A DNA stretch of 64,000 nt from an uncultured Alphaproteobacteria bacterium (GTDB taxonomy: Bacteria > Pseudomonadota > Alphaproteobacteria > Sphingomonadales > Sphingomonadaceae): the NCBI GenBank assembly GCA_963730925.1, contig CAVSTS010000008.1:121457-185456 (forward strand), in the 5' to 3' direction. A program made the translations under genes and the position numbers. Positions 1 to 10,647 of the stretch are shown piece by piece. Position 1 is the stretch's first letter, and every line of letters starts with the position of its first letter. The notes beneath the pieces are model-generated. The model saw only the letters and a program-made list of their open reading frames with translations, did not search any database and was not told the DNA's origin.

Positions 1-94
1 CCTGATTCGCGGTTGCGCTTCGCCCGGGCCCCTTCTATCTAGCCGCGGCCTTGGCTCCCGCCGCGACCTCGTCGTGACACTTGCGGGTTCCGGT

Positions 95-171
95 CGGGGA
101 GTAGCTCAGCCTGGTAGAGCACTGTCTTCGGGAGGCAGGGGCCGGAGGTTCGAATCCTCTCTCCCCGACCA
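95..171 (+). tRNA. tRNA-Pro, anticodon CGG, CCA encoded
   Basis: Cloverleaf folded by hand: acceptor CGGGGAG/CTCCCCG, D arm GCTC-AGCCTGGTA-GAGC, anticodon stem CTGTC/GGCAG with loop TTCGGGA, T loop TTCGAAT, 3' A-CCA. Confidence 0.9.
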
Positions 172-275
172 ATTTTTTCTAGAAGTTACGGTCCATGTGG
201 CGCCGCTGGCTGGCCCAATTGTCCGAGGTATGTCTGCGCTACGCCTAAAAAAGGGTCCGCGGAAAGAGCCGCAGC

Positions 276-303
276 ATGTCCGCTTTCCACCCTAAGCGGG
301 CAT
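276..303 (+). repeat. 28-nt hairpin element, copy R1 (ATGTCCGC TTTCCACCCTAA GCGGGCAT)
   Basis: Matches the 12-member family consensus (8-nt arms, 12-nt loop). Lies 105 bp downstream of tRNA-Pro. Confidence 0.75.
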
Positions 304-395
304 CGCAGTCATTCGGGCGGACGCTGATCCGCTAGCGAAACAATCTGAGACCTCACGAAAACAACCGCCTAGAATTCTGCGCAACCCACAGTTGA

Positions 396-1448
<1,053 letters not shown>

Positions 1449-1590
1449 CTAGCGCCCGAGGCCATCGCCCAAGAGCTAAGATCCAACAAATCCGGAGGTA
1501 GCTGAAGTGCACATGTTTTCGCCTGAGTTCGACAACCTGCAAACGCAAGGTGCGTCGTCCTCAGAAAACCGCGGAAAACAAGCCGCCCCG

Positions 1591-1638
1591 TGTTTTCGGG
1601 AGGCAGGGGCCGGAGGTTCGAATCCTCTTTCCCCGGCC
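1591..1638 (+). repeat. Direct repeat of the 3' half of tRNA-Pro (att-like remnant, not a functional tRNA)
   Basis: TGTTTTCGGGAGGCAGGGGCCGGAGGTTCGAATCCTCTTTCCCCGGCC matches tRNA positions 123-170 at 45 of 48 nt, in the same orientation. No 5' half is present to pair with it. Confidence 0.8.
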
Positions 1639-1639
1639 T

Positions 1640-2794
1640 TTATTCCGCGAGTACCTCGCGCCCAATCGCGCCAATAGTCGTGCATCCCGTCAGCGCCATT
1701 GCGACGCGCATTTCGGCGTCGATCAGCCTCAGCACATGGGCCACGCCCTGTTCGCCTCGCGCAGCGAGCGCATAGGCCCAAGCCCGCCCCAACAGGACGA
1801 AATCTGCCCCCAGAGCGAGCATTCGCACGACATCGAGGCCGGATCGAACGCCGCCATCGACAAGGATCGGCAGGCGGCCGGCGATCGTATCGGCAATCGG
1901 GAGAAGGGCGCGCGCGCTAGACAGAACGCCATCAAGCTGGCGTCCCCCGTGATTTGAAACGACGATCGCATCGACGCCGCTTCCGGCCGCTGCTCGCGCG
2001 TCGTCGGGATCGAGGATACCCTTGATCACCAGCGGCCCTTTCCATTGCCCGCGCACCCACTCGACGTCCTTCCAGGTGACGCTCGCGTCGAAGTTCGTTC
2101 CCACCCAACCCATCAGGTCGGCGAGCGCAGCGCCAGATCCGAGCAGTGGCTCGAGGTTGCCCATCGTGTGCGGACGCCCGTGGACGCCAACGTCCCACGC
2201 CCAGTCCGGCCGCGCCAGGACCTGCCGGAGCCGGTTCAACTTCCCGCTTGTCGAGCCGGAAAGGCCCGTCCGATAGTCACGGTAGCGCGTTCCAGGCACA
2301 GCCAGATCGACGGTGAGCAGCAAGGCGCCGCACCGCGCCTCCTGCGCCCTGGCGATCATCTCGCGGACAAATCCGCGGTCCTTGACGATGTAGAGCTGGA
2401 ACCAGAGCGGAGCCTGCCGGGCGACTTCGTCGATCGAACAGGCGCTGAGCGTAGACAGGGTGAAAGGTACGTCCGCTGCAGCCGCGGCTTTGGCCGCCTG
2501 CACCTCACCGCGGCGGGCATAAAGGCCCGAAAGGCCGACGGGGCCGAGGCCGATCGGCATCGCCCATTTCTGCCCGAACAATAACGTCGAAAGGTCGATC
2601 GTGGAAACATCGCGAAGCACCCGCTGCCGAAGTGCGACCGCTTGCAAATCCTCGACGTTCCGCCTGAGCGTCACCTCATCGTATGATCCGCCGTCGAGAT
2701 ATTCGAACAGGAAATGGGGCAGCCGCGCTTTGGCAAGTGCGCGATAATCGCTGACGTTGGCTGCATCTCTCATCATCCCCCGAATTGCAGCCAC
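1640..2794 (-). CDS. lldD: FMN-dependent alpha-hydroxy-acid (L-lactate) dehydrogenase
   Basis: 384 aa with an SNHGGRQLD active-site block and a glycolate oxidase/LldD-type TIM-barrel layout. Confidence 0.8.
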   Translation of the reverse strand: MAAIRGMMRDAANVSDYRALAKARLPHFLFEYLDGGSYDEVTLRRNVEDLQAVALRQRVLRDVSTIDLSTLLFGQKWAMPIGLGPVGLSGLYARRGEVQAAKAAAAADVPFTLSTLSACSIDEVARQAPLWFQLYIVKDRGFVREMIARAQEARCGALLLTVDLAVPGTRYRDYRTGLSGSTSGKLNRLRQVLARPDWAWDVGVHGRPHTMGNLEPLLGSGAALADLMGWVGTNFDASVTWKDVEWVRGQWKGPLVIKGILDPDDARAAAGSGVDAIVVSNHGGRQLDGVLSSARALLPIADTIAGRLPILVDGGVRSGLDVVRMLALGADFVLLGRAWAYALAARGEQGVAHVLRLIDAEMRVAMALTGCTTIGAIGREVLAE

Positions 2795-2829
2795 GGGTGC
2801 TTACCGCAAGAGTGCGGCGGCGAACGCGG

Positions 2830-3447
2830 CTAGCCAGCCTTCGCTGCGGCGACCGCCTCGCGGACCCGGCCAAGCGCCAGCCCGACTGGATCAGTTTCGC
2901 CCATCAACTCGAAGCTGCCATTCAGCGCATAGGTGCAATGGCCATGCACTGTCGCGATGAGCGACCGGGCGAGGCGCTCGACGTCGATTTCGCCAATGTT
3001 TGTGACGACCGCCGACAGTTCGCGGATAACGATCAATGTCAGCCGCCGCCGGGTCTCATTGTCTTCGGGCGGTAGCGGCATGCCCGACGGAAGGCGATGG
3101 TCGTAGATCGCCATCCACAGGTTGGTGTGTTCGCGCGCGAAATCGAAATAGCCCTTCACGAGCACGCCGATCCGGTCGTCACCGGCCGCGTCGAGCCGGC
3201 GCTCGACGAAATCCGACCATAAGGTGAAGGTGCGGGTGTTGATTGCCACCAGCAAATCATCGAGGTTGGTGAACAGATTGTAGATCGTCCCCACCGAATA
3301 GCCGATCGCGCGCGCGACCTGCCGGGCCGAGAAGCGGGCGAAACCGTACTCCTCCATCTGGCGATGGCCTTCCGCGACGATCAGCTCGCGGAGCTCTGTC
3401 CTGCTATGGTCCGACCGGCGGCCCATGGCGCTGTTGTATCGGTTCAA
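2830..3447 (-). CDS. TetR family transcriptional regulator
   Basis: N-terminal HTH FSARQVARAIGYSVGTIYNLF. The TTG at 3447 is uncertain; an alternative ATG at 3426 gives MGRRSDHS. Confidence 0.8.
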   Translation of the reverse strand: MNRYNSAMGRRSDHSRTELRELIVAEGHRQMEEYGFARFSARQVARAIGYSVGTIYNLFTNLDDLLVAINTRTFTLWSDFVERRLDAAGDDRIGVLVKGYFDFAREHTNLWMAIYDHRLPSGMPLPPEDNETRRRLTLIVIRELSAVVTNIGEIDVERLARSLIATVHGHCTYALNGSFELMGETDPVGLALGRVREAVAAAKAG

Positions 3448-3489
3448 TTGAACACTGTCTAATTTTTCTATTGAGCGATGTTCAATTAA
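3442..3489. promoter_or_regulatory. Putative TetR operator pair in the divergent TetR/DUF2339 intergenic region
   Basis: Perfect 12-bp palindrome GTTCAATTGAAC at 3442-3453. A related GTTCAATTAAT site lies at 3480-3490. Confidence 0.45.
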
Positions 3490-3518
3490 TGCTAATATTG
3501 GTTGCGAGAGGATCTCCG

Positions 3519-6408
3519 ATGTTCATGTGGCTGGTCGTGATCGCACTCGCAGGGTTCGCATTTCATCTGCAGTCGCGCCTTCGTCGGGTCGAGGAGCAGC
3601 TCGCCGACTTCGATCCGGGCAGACCTTACGAGTTCGCACGGACGCGGCCTGAACCTGCAACCGCCCCGGAGGCCGCAGCGGCCCCCGAACCGAACGCGAC
3701 GCGCGAACTTCCCGGCACCCCCGAGTACCGCCCGGCGGTCGTCTTCTATGGCGAAGTGCCCCCAGTCGAGCTAGTTAGTGAGGCGGTCGAGGCGGTCGAC
3801 GTGGAAACGGAGCCCGAGCGCCGGCCGTGGAGCCTTGGGATCGGCTTCGAGGAACTGTTCGGCCGCCGACTGCCGATCTGGGCCGGGGGGATCACGCTCG
3901 CCGTCGCCGGCATATTGATCGTGAAGCTGTCGATCGAGTCCGGTCTAATGACCCCTCCGATCCGCGTGATTTCAGGCCTCGTTTTCGGAACGCTCCTGAT
4001 CGGAGGAGCCGAGCTTGCGCTGCGCGTCGAGGGACGAATCCGCGATGCGCGCGTGCGCCAGGCGCTCGCCGGTGCCGGTGTCGCCAGCCTCTACTCGAGC
4101 ATCCTCGTCGCTGTGAACCTCTACCACCTCATCAACCCGTTCACCGCGATGCTCGGAATGGCCGCGGTGACGGCGCTCGCTTTGTTCCTCGCCACCCGCT
4201 TCGGTCCACCGAGTGCGCTGCTCGGACTCGCCGGCGGCCTCGCTGCGCCAGCGCTGGTCGGCTCGACCGAGCCCAACGTACCTCTGCTGTCCGTCTACCT
4301 CGCGCTCGCCGTCTCTGGTCTCTGCGCTTTGTCGCGCAGCCAGCGCTGGGCTTGGCTCGGTATGAGTGCCCTAGTCGGCGGCTTCGGTTGGGGCATCTTG
4401 CTGCTCGTCGGCGGCATCCTTGACACCCCAAGCGCCATCTCGTTGGGCCTCTACCTGCTGTTGCTCGGCGTCGGCATTCCAGCGCTTGGGTTTGCCGGCG
4501 GCCGCAAGAACCAGTTGCAGTTGATCGCCGGCCTCGTCGCGGCGGTGCAGATGGCCGTGCTCGTCGCCACCGGCGGCTTTGCGCTCCTCAACTGGGCGCT
4601 GTTCGGAATGCTGTCGGTAGCCTCGATCTGGCTCGCCCGGCGCGATCCGGCCCTGTCGCGGCTGCCCGCGGTCGGCATGCTGGTCGCCCTATTGCTGATG
4701 GGCGTCTGGACCACTCCGAGGGTCGCCGACTTCGCGCTCGTGATGGTCGGCTGTGCACTGATCTACGGCGGCCCGGCGGTTCGACGCTTGTGGCGCTCGG
4801 GCGGCCTGCTCGAAGCGTCGGAGGTCGGCGCGCTCGGCCTTGGCGCACTCCTCCTGTCGATGTACCATTTCCATCATTCGGACGGCTCGGACGACCTCTC
4901 GTTCGGCCTGCTCGCTGCCGGCTTGTCGCTCGTCGTCGGCGCCTGCGCCGCACTCGGCTGGGCGCACCCCGATCGGCGCAGCGACCCGCGCTTCGCGCTG
5001 CTCGCCACTGTCACCGCCATTCTGCTCGCCGCCGCCGCGCTCCTGCTCCTGCCGATCTGGGCGGCCGCAATAGCCCTCGGCCTGGTCGGCCTCGCACTGA
5101 TGCACCTCGGCCAGGTGGCCGACGATCCTCGGCTGGAGCCGGTCGCATGGATCTTCGGAGCCGCCGGAATACTCACGTATTCCTATTCACAGGTAGTCGA
5201 CGGGACGGACTTCGATGAGTTCGATCGACTCGCTTCACTGGGCGGCGCAGTCCGCGATTGCCGTGCTGTTCGCCTGGCGTGCGCGGTTCGAGCTCGGCCG
5301 CATCTTCGCGCAATTCCTGGCGCCGATCCTGCTCTTCGTCGCTCTAGCCGCGGTCCTTCCCGAACGGGTCCAGCCGTTGATCGCGCCCGTGCTTCTGGTA
5401 GCGATCGCGGTGCTCGGCGACCGTCTCGACCAACGCCTGATTCCGGCGCTGGCGTCGAGCGTGCTCATTGTCGTCGGCTGGGCGCTGCCGCCCCTGTTCG
5501 TGTGGAGCACCGCGGGCGCCGCTTCGCTCGCCGGCTCGCCGGTGCTGGTGACCGCTGTCCCGCCCGTCGAGGACGCCCTCACCAAGCTCCTCGTCCCGGG
5601 CGCACTTGTTGCCGCGACCGTGCTGATCGCCGCCAGGCGCCTTCGATCGATCGAGCGGGTGTCGGGCTGGTCGATCGCCGGCTTACTCGCCGCGATCGGA
5701 GTACACAGCCTCTACAAGCATGTCTTCGCGATCGCCTCACCGCAAACTTTCGTCGTCCTCGGACTTGCCGAGCGCACGGTGTGGGAAGTGGCGCTCGCGG
5801 CGGCTGCGCTGCTCGCGATCCGCCTTCATCGCGCTCTGCCAGCGCTGCTGTTCGCAATGGCTGCAGCGGCCCACGAGACGCTCTATACCTTGCTCATCCA
5901 CAATCCCCTGTGGACCCCGCAGGCCGTTGGCGTCTGGCCCGTCATCAACCTGCTCCTTCCCGTCTACGTACTCGCGCTCGGCCTGGCCGTGGCCGCACGG
6001 CGCGCCGTCCAGCCTCTCTCGGGCGTGGTCGCGCGAGGTTTGGACGTCGTGCAGATGGCGCTGATCGTGCTGTTCGCCTTCTCCGAGCTACGCCAGCTGT
6101 TCCACGGCACCCTGCTGACCGAGCCGGGCCTGCCCGTCGCAGAGGACATCCTCCGCTCGATCCTCGCCATCGCGCTCGCCATCGGCTTTCTCCTCTGGGG
6201 CATTTACCGCCAGCAGCGCGCCTGGCGCATCGCGAGCCTTGCGCTGATGCTCGCCGCGGTCGGCAAGGTGTTCCTCTTCGATGCGTCGGGCCTCGAAGGC
6301 GTTACCCGCATCGCCTCATTTGTTGCGCTGGGGCTTAGCCTGATCGGGATCGGCTGGCTTTACGCCCGCCACGTCGGCAGCGACAAGGTCGCCACCGCGC
6401 CAGCCTGA
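3519..6408 (+). pseudogene. DUF2339-type polytopic membrane protein, reading frame broken near 5197-5230
   Basis: TM-rich translation runs in frame 0 from ATG 3519 (RBS GAGAGGA) to about 5220, then continues TM-rich in the +1 frame (ORF 5215..6408). The frame-0 continuation turns into R/P/A-rich nonsense. Confidence 0.65.
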
Positions 6409-6415
6409 CCGAGGT

Positions 6416-6458
6416 CCTTGCGAGGGCGGCCACGGCTCGCTTCGCTGCGCTCGCAAGG
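6416..6458. terminator. Stem-loop between convergent genes (possible bidirectional terminator)
   Basis: CCTTGCGAG (6416-6424) pairs with CTCGCAAGG (6450-6458). No clear U-tract. Confidence 0.3.
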
Positions 6459-6461
6459 CGC

Positions 6462-7277
6462 TTAAGCGGCGAAGCTTGGGTCGAGGCGGTAGGCCTTGCG
6501 CTTGAGCGCCGGCCACGCAAGCAGGTTCGCTGCGAGCGGCAGGCCGATCGCGCCTTGCTGCGCCGTAATCTCCGGTGAGCCTTGGGGCGGACTGTTCAGA
6601 TTTTCGCCCGCCGACAAGGCCATGATCTGAGCCTGGCACGCGCGCTCGAGATAATAGATGCGGATGAAACACTCGCCGACATTCTTGCCGACAGCGAGGG
6701 TGCCGTGGTTCCTCAGGATCATCGCATTCTTGCCGCCAAGGTCCTCCACCAGCCGCTCGCGCTCACCTAGGTCGACCGCGACGCCCTCATAATCGTGGAA
6801 GGCGACGTCGCCGCGGATCAGCATCGCGGTCTGGGTGAGTGGCAAAAGGCCCTCTGAATTGGCGGACACCGCTTGGCCGGCGGGGGTATGAAGATGCATC
6901 ACCGCAAACGCGTCTTCGCGCGCCATATGGATCGCCGAATGGATGGTGAAGCCGGCCGGATTGGTGATGAACGGGGTCGGCTCCACCGGATTGCCGTTCA
7001 CATCGACCTTGATCAGCGAAGAGGCCGTCACCTCCTCGAACATGAGGTTATAGGGGTTCAGCAGGAAATGATGCTCTGGCCCTGGAATCCTCGCTGACAA
7101 ATGCGTGAAGATCAGGTCGTCCCAACCATAATGAGCGACCATTCGGTAGGCTGCGGCCAGATCGACCCGGACTGCCCATTCTTCATCGCTGACCTTCCCT
7201 GCGAGTGACTCGATCTCAACCGATTCGAGCGGTTTGAGGCCGCCCATTCCTCGGTTGATGTCGTCGACCCGGTTCAT
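6462..7277 (-). CDS. Class II aldolase/adducin family protein
   Basis: 271 aa with the conserved HLH/HNHG-type blocks (VMHLHTPAG, LRNHGTL) typical of the family. Confidence 0.7.
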   Translation of the reverse strand: MNRVDDINRGMGGLKPLESVEIESLAGKVSDEEWAVRVDLAAAYRMVAHYGWDDLIFTHLSARIPGPEHHFLLNPYNLMFEEVTASSLIKVDVNGNPVEPTPFITNPAGFTIHSAIHMAREDAFAVMHLHTPAGQAVSANSEGLLPLTQTAMLIRGDVAFHDYEGVAVDLGERERLVEDLGGKNAMILRNHGTLAVGKNVGECFIRIYYLERACQAQIMALSAGENLNSPPQGSPEITAQQGAIGLPLAANLLAWPALKRKAYRLDPSFAA

Positions 7278-7915
7278 GCGGGCACCTCCTGTCGGTCGGG
7301 ATGGGCCTTAGCGAAGGCTTCGAGTTGGTCCGCATTTCCATCGGCGCGCAGCAGCGTTGGATAATCGTCGATCGGCACATTGAACCGCCGCGCGTTGAAG
7401 AGCTGGGGAACGAGGCAGATATCAGCGATCGTAGGCTCGTCGCCGAACAGGAATCGTCCAGCGCCCGGCTTGGCCATCGTTTCGAGCGCGCTCAGTCCCT
7501 CGTTGATCCAGTGGGCATACCAGACGTCGCGCTGCTCCTGCGGGATGTCGAGCGGCCCGGACAGATATTTGAGCACTCGCAGATTGTTCAACGGATGGAT
7601 GTCGCAAGCGATGGCGAGAGCCATGGCGCGAACATGCGCCCCGTCAGCGGGATCGCGCGGGACGAGCGGCGGGTCGGGAAATATCTGGTCGAGATAGACG
7701 ATGATCGCGAGGCTCTGGGTCAGGCGGTGCCCGTCTATCTCCAGCATCGGGATGAGGCCCTGTGGGTTGAGCTCGCGATACTCGTACGATTTCTGCTCAC
7801 CTTCGAGCAGGTCCACCGGGCGGCTCTCATAGTCGACGCCCTTGAGGTTGAGAGCGATGCGCGTTCGATATGCGGCGGACGAACGGGGGGCGTCGTAGAG
7901 GACCGGCCGGATCAT
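7274..7915 (-). CDS. maiA: Maleylacetoacetate isomerase (zeta-class GST)
   Basis: 213 aa with the N-terminal SSAAYRTRIALNLKG and NPQGLIPMLEIDG...QSLAIIVYLD pattern of GST-zeta. Confidence 0.75.
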   Translation of the reverse strand: MIRPVLYDAPRSSAAYRTRIALNLKGVDYESRPVDLLEGEQKSYEYRELNPQGLIPMLEIDGHRLTQSLAIIVYLDQIFPDPPLVPRDPADGAHVRAMALAIACDIHPLNNLRVLKYLSGPLDIPQEQRDVWYAHWINEGLSALETMAKPGAGRFLFGDEPTIADICLVPQLFNARRFNVPIDDYPTLLRADGNADQLEAFAKAHPDRQEVPA

Positions 7916-7925
7916 GGGCGGCTGC

Positions 7926-8330
7926 TTACTCCGTCGCCATGAATGGCGCCACTACCTCCGGGGGCACGCGGATAGGACGGCCGGAGGCCTTGTCGATGAT
8001 CGCCCAGTCGGTGCGTGAGCGGACGCAGACCCGCCCGTCATTGCCCGTGAACTCGACATGCCGGTCGAACTTGGCCCCCTTCGGCGCCTCTCCTACCCAG
8101 GTAAGCGCGGTGATCCGGTCGCCTTCAAAAGCGGCGCGCAAATAGTCGATCTCGTGCCGGATCACGACCCAATAATACGCGTCCTTATGCTCCTGCGGTG
8201 CGATCGAATCCCAGTGAGCGACCGCGACTTGCTGGATCCATTGCACCCACACGGCATTGTTGACGTGTCCGAGCTCGTCAATGTGCTCCGGGCCGGCGTG
8301 GAAATCGAGCTCGAACGTCGGGCGGGTCAC
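7926..8330 (-). CDS. Acyl-CoA thioesterase, 4HBT/YbgC-like hotdog fold
   Basis: GTG start overlaps the ptrB stop (GTGA). Carries the ELGHVNNAVWVQW motif. The longer 322-aa ORF N-terminus is R-rich and overlaps ptrB. Confidence 0.65.
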   Translation of the reverse strand: MTRPTFELDFHAGPEHIDELGHVNNAVWVQWIQQVAVAHWDSIAPQEHKDAYYWVVIRHEIDYLRAAFEGDRITALTWVGEAPKGAKFDRHVEFTGNDGRVCVRSRTDWAIIDKASGRPIRVPPEVVAPFMATE

Positions 8331-10396
8331 TTGCCGGTCTGCGTCAGGATGAACGCATAGGTCTCCGCGACTTCGGTCAGGCCTTCCCAACGGCCGGACT
8401 TGCCGCCGTGGCCGGCGCCCATGTTGATCTTGAGCAACAGCAGGTTGACGTCGGTCTTGGTGGCGCGGAGCTTCGCGACCCATTTGGCCGGCTCCCAATA
8501 AGTGACGCGCGGATCGGTGAGCCCGCCGGTGATCAGCATCGGCGGATAATCTTGCGGCTTCACATTGTCGTAGGGGCTGTAGTCGCGCATGTGGTCGAAC
8601 ACCGTCTTGTCGGTGATCGGATTTCCCCATTCCGGCCATTCGCCCGGGGTGAGCGGAAGAGTGTCGTCGAGCATGGTGTTGACCACATCGACAAAGGGTA
8701 CGTCGGCGACCGCGGCGCCCCACAATTCCGGGTCGGTATTCACGACCGCACCGACCAACTCCCCGCCGGCCGATCGGCCGTTGATTGCGATCTTTCCCGC
8801 ACTGGTGAAATCGGCGGCGATCAGCCCTTTCGCCACATCGACGAAGTCGTTGAACGTGTTCGTTCGCTTGTCGAGCTTGCCGTCGAGGAACCATTTGTAG
8901 CCGAGGTCGTCGCCGCCGCGGACGTGCGCAATCGCGCAGACCCAGCCGCGGTCGAGCAGACTGATGCGATTGCTGTTGAAAGTGGGCGGGATAGCGAAGC
9001 CGTAAGAGCCGTAGCCATAGAGGAAGAGCTTGCCCGAGCCGTCCCTCTCGAAGCCCTTCTTGTATACGACCGACACCGGGACTTTCGCGCCGTCGCGCGC
9101 GTCCACCATCAGCCGTTCGGTCGCATATTGTTCGGCGTCATAGCCGGACGGAATCTCCTGGACCTTCCGGACCTCCAGCTCGTCCGTCGCCGGATGATAA
9201 TCATAGGTCGTCATCGGCGTGACCATCGACGAATAGCCGAGGCGGTAGGAGTCGGGCGCAAACTCGGGATTGCCGTGGAAGAAGGCGCTGTAGCTTGCTT
9301 CCTTGAACGGGATCCGCCGCTCTTGGCCCGCATAAGTGCGCAACATGAGCTGATCGAGGCCGTCGACGCGGCTGCTGATCGCGAGATGGTCGCGATAGGA
9401 TGTGACGCCGGTTAGATAGACGCGGTCCGAGCCGGCGATCACCGTCCGCCACTCGCCGGGGTTCGCGGGATCGGCTTCGGCGATGCGGAAGTTCACGTGA
9501 TCGTCGTTGGTGTGGAGCCACAGTTTCCCGTGCGCCGCGTCGACATGATATTCGCGGTTGGGTTTGCGCCGGGATATGAGCATCAGTGGTTGCGATGGAT
9601 CGTCGGCGGAGACGAACCGGACTTCGCTCGTCGCATTGTCACCGGTCGAGACGAAGATGAGGCTCCGGTCCTGCGAATGGCCGACACCGACGCTGAAACC
9701 GAGCTCCTCGGTCTCTTCGTAAATTGTGACGTCGTCGGAGGGGGCGCTACCGAGCCTGTGGTAACGCGCGCGATAGCTCCGCCAGTGCTCGTTGACCTCC
9801 GTGAATACAATTCCGGCGCTGTCGCTTGACCACACCGGCTGTCCGATGGCGATCTCGGTCACTGTTTCGAGATGGTCGCCCGTGGCGAGATCGCGAATGC
9901 GCAGGTGGAAGCGTTCGGAGCCCTTGTCGTCGACCAGAACCGCGAGCAGACGCCCATCGGGACTGACTTCCAAAGCGCCTAGACGGAAATAATCCTTGCC
10001 TTCAGCCTCGACCGGCTCGTCGAAGATAATCTCTGTTGAGCCACCCTCATCATCGACAGGTTTGCGGTACCAGGTCCGGTACTGCGCGCCTGGCCGGAAT
10101 GCCCACCAGTAGGTGAAGCCGCCGTCGCGTAGCGGAACCGAGCTGTCCTCCTCCTTGATGCGGCCCTTCATCTCCTCGAACAATTCGTCGATCAGCGGCT
10201 GCTGATGCTTCGCCCAGGCCTGGAAATAGTCGTTCTCGGCGTGGAGATTGGCGAGCACGTCCGGGTCGCTCACCTCTGGATATTTGGGGTCGCGCAGCCA
10301 GTGCCATGGATCGTCGATTGTGACGCCGTGGCGCTCGTAGCTGTAGGGCCGCTGCTCGGCGAGCGGCGGGGCGGGAAGGGAGACCGGCTTGTCCAT
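8327..10396 (-). CDS. ptrB: Oligopeptidase B / prolyl oligopeptidase family S9 serine peptidase
   Basis: 689 aa with an N-terminal beta-propeller region and a C-terminal GRSAGG nucleophile elbow and GAGHGG block. Confidence 0.85.
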   Translation of the reverse strand: MDKPVSLPAPPLAEQRPYSYERHGVTIDDPWHWLRDPKYPEVSDPDVLANLHAENDYFQAWAKHQQPLIDELFEEMKGRIKEEDSSVPLRDGGFTYWWAFRPGAQYRTWYRKPVDDEGGSTEIIFDEPVEAEGKDYFRLGALEVSPDGRLLAVLVDDKGSERFHLRIRDLATGDHLETVTEIAIGQPVWSSDSAGIVFTEVNEHWRSYRARYHRLGSAPSDDVTIYEETEELGFSVGVGHSQDRSLIFVSTGDNATSEVRFVSADDPSQPLMLISRRKPNREYHVDAAHGKLWLHTNDDHVNFRIAEADPANPGEWRTVIAGSDRVYLTGVTSYRDHLAISSRVDGLDQLMLRTYAGQERRIPFKEASYSAFFHGNPEFAPDSYRLGYSSMVTPMTTYDYHPATDELEVRKVQEIPSGYDAEQYATERLMVDARDGAKVPVSVVYKKGFERDGSGKLFLYGYGSYGFAIPPTFNSNRISLLDRGWVCAIAHVRGGDDLGYKWFLDGKLDKRTNTFNDFVDVAKGLIAADFTSAGKIAINGRSAGGELVGAVVNTDPELWGAAVADVPFVDVVNTMLDDTLPLTPGEWPEWGNPITDKTVFDHMRDYSPYDNVKPQDYPPMLITGGLTDPRVTYWEPAKWVAKLRATKTDVNLLLLKINMGAGHGGKSGRWEGLTEVAETYAFILTQTGK

Positions 10397-10446
10397 GCCG
10401 CGCTCTTAACGCGACAGCCGCTGACCGGAAGGGGAAAAGGTCATGA

Positions 10447-10474
10447 ATGTCTGCTTTGGGTGGAAAGCGGACCT
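10447..10474 (-). repeat. 28-nt hairpin element, copy R12, the only inverted copy
   Basis: ATGTCTGCTTTGGGTGGAAAGCGGACCT on the + strand is the reverse complement of the family consensus. Intergenic between ptrB and the MBOAT gene. Confidence 0.7.
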
Positions 10475-10647
10475 TACGATTCCGAATAGGTCTAGTCGCA
10501 CAGAACAGGCCCCGATCCGGCTTGCGCTAAGTTGTTGCGCGTGCAAGCGTCTCGCCAGGCAATCCGCTAACTTTTGCGGCCGGCGCGTACAGCTTGGGGG
10601 AGTTGTCGCATGAACAGTGGGGCGAGCGGGCACCGGTCGAGTGCCCG

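Noticed and set aside
74-295. 73-aa ORF covering tRNA-Pro; likewise 15587..15871 covering tRNA-Thr
   Set aside because: These ORFs read through tRNA genes and a hairpin repeat. Only the short 3' part of the second (15587-15703) was kept, as a low-confidence small ORF.
1591-1638. Second tRNA-Pro gene
   Set aside because: Only the anticodon-loop-to-3'-end portion is present. Upstream sequence cannot form the acceptor or D arms.
5230-6338. C-terminal 370 residues of the 955-aa ORF 3471..6338 as real protein
   Set aside because: Arg/Pro/Ala-rich with no TM segments, whereas the +1 frame over the same DNA is a coherent polytopic membrane protein.
8331-8894. N-terminal extension of the thioesterase ORF (322 aa version)
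   Set aside because: It lies entirely inside the ptrB coding region on the same strand in another frame and is R-rich. A GTG start coupled to the ptrB stop gives a normal 134-aa hotdog protein.
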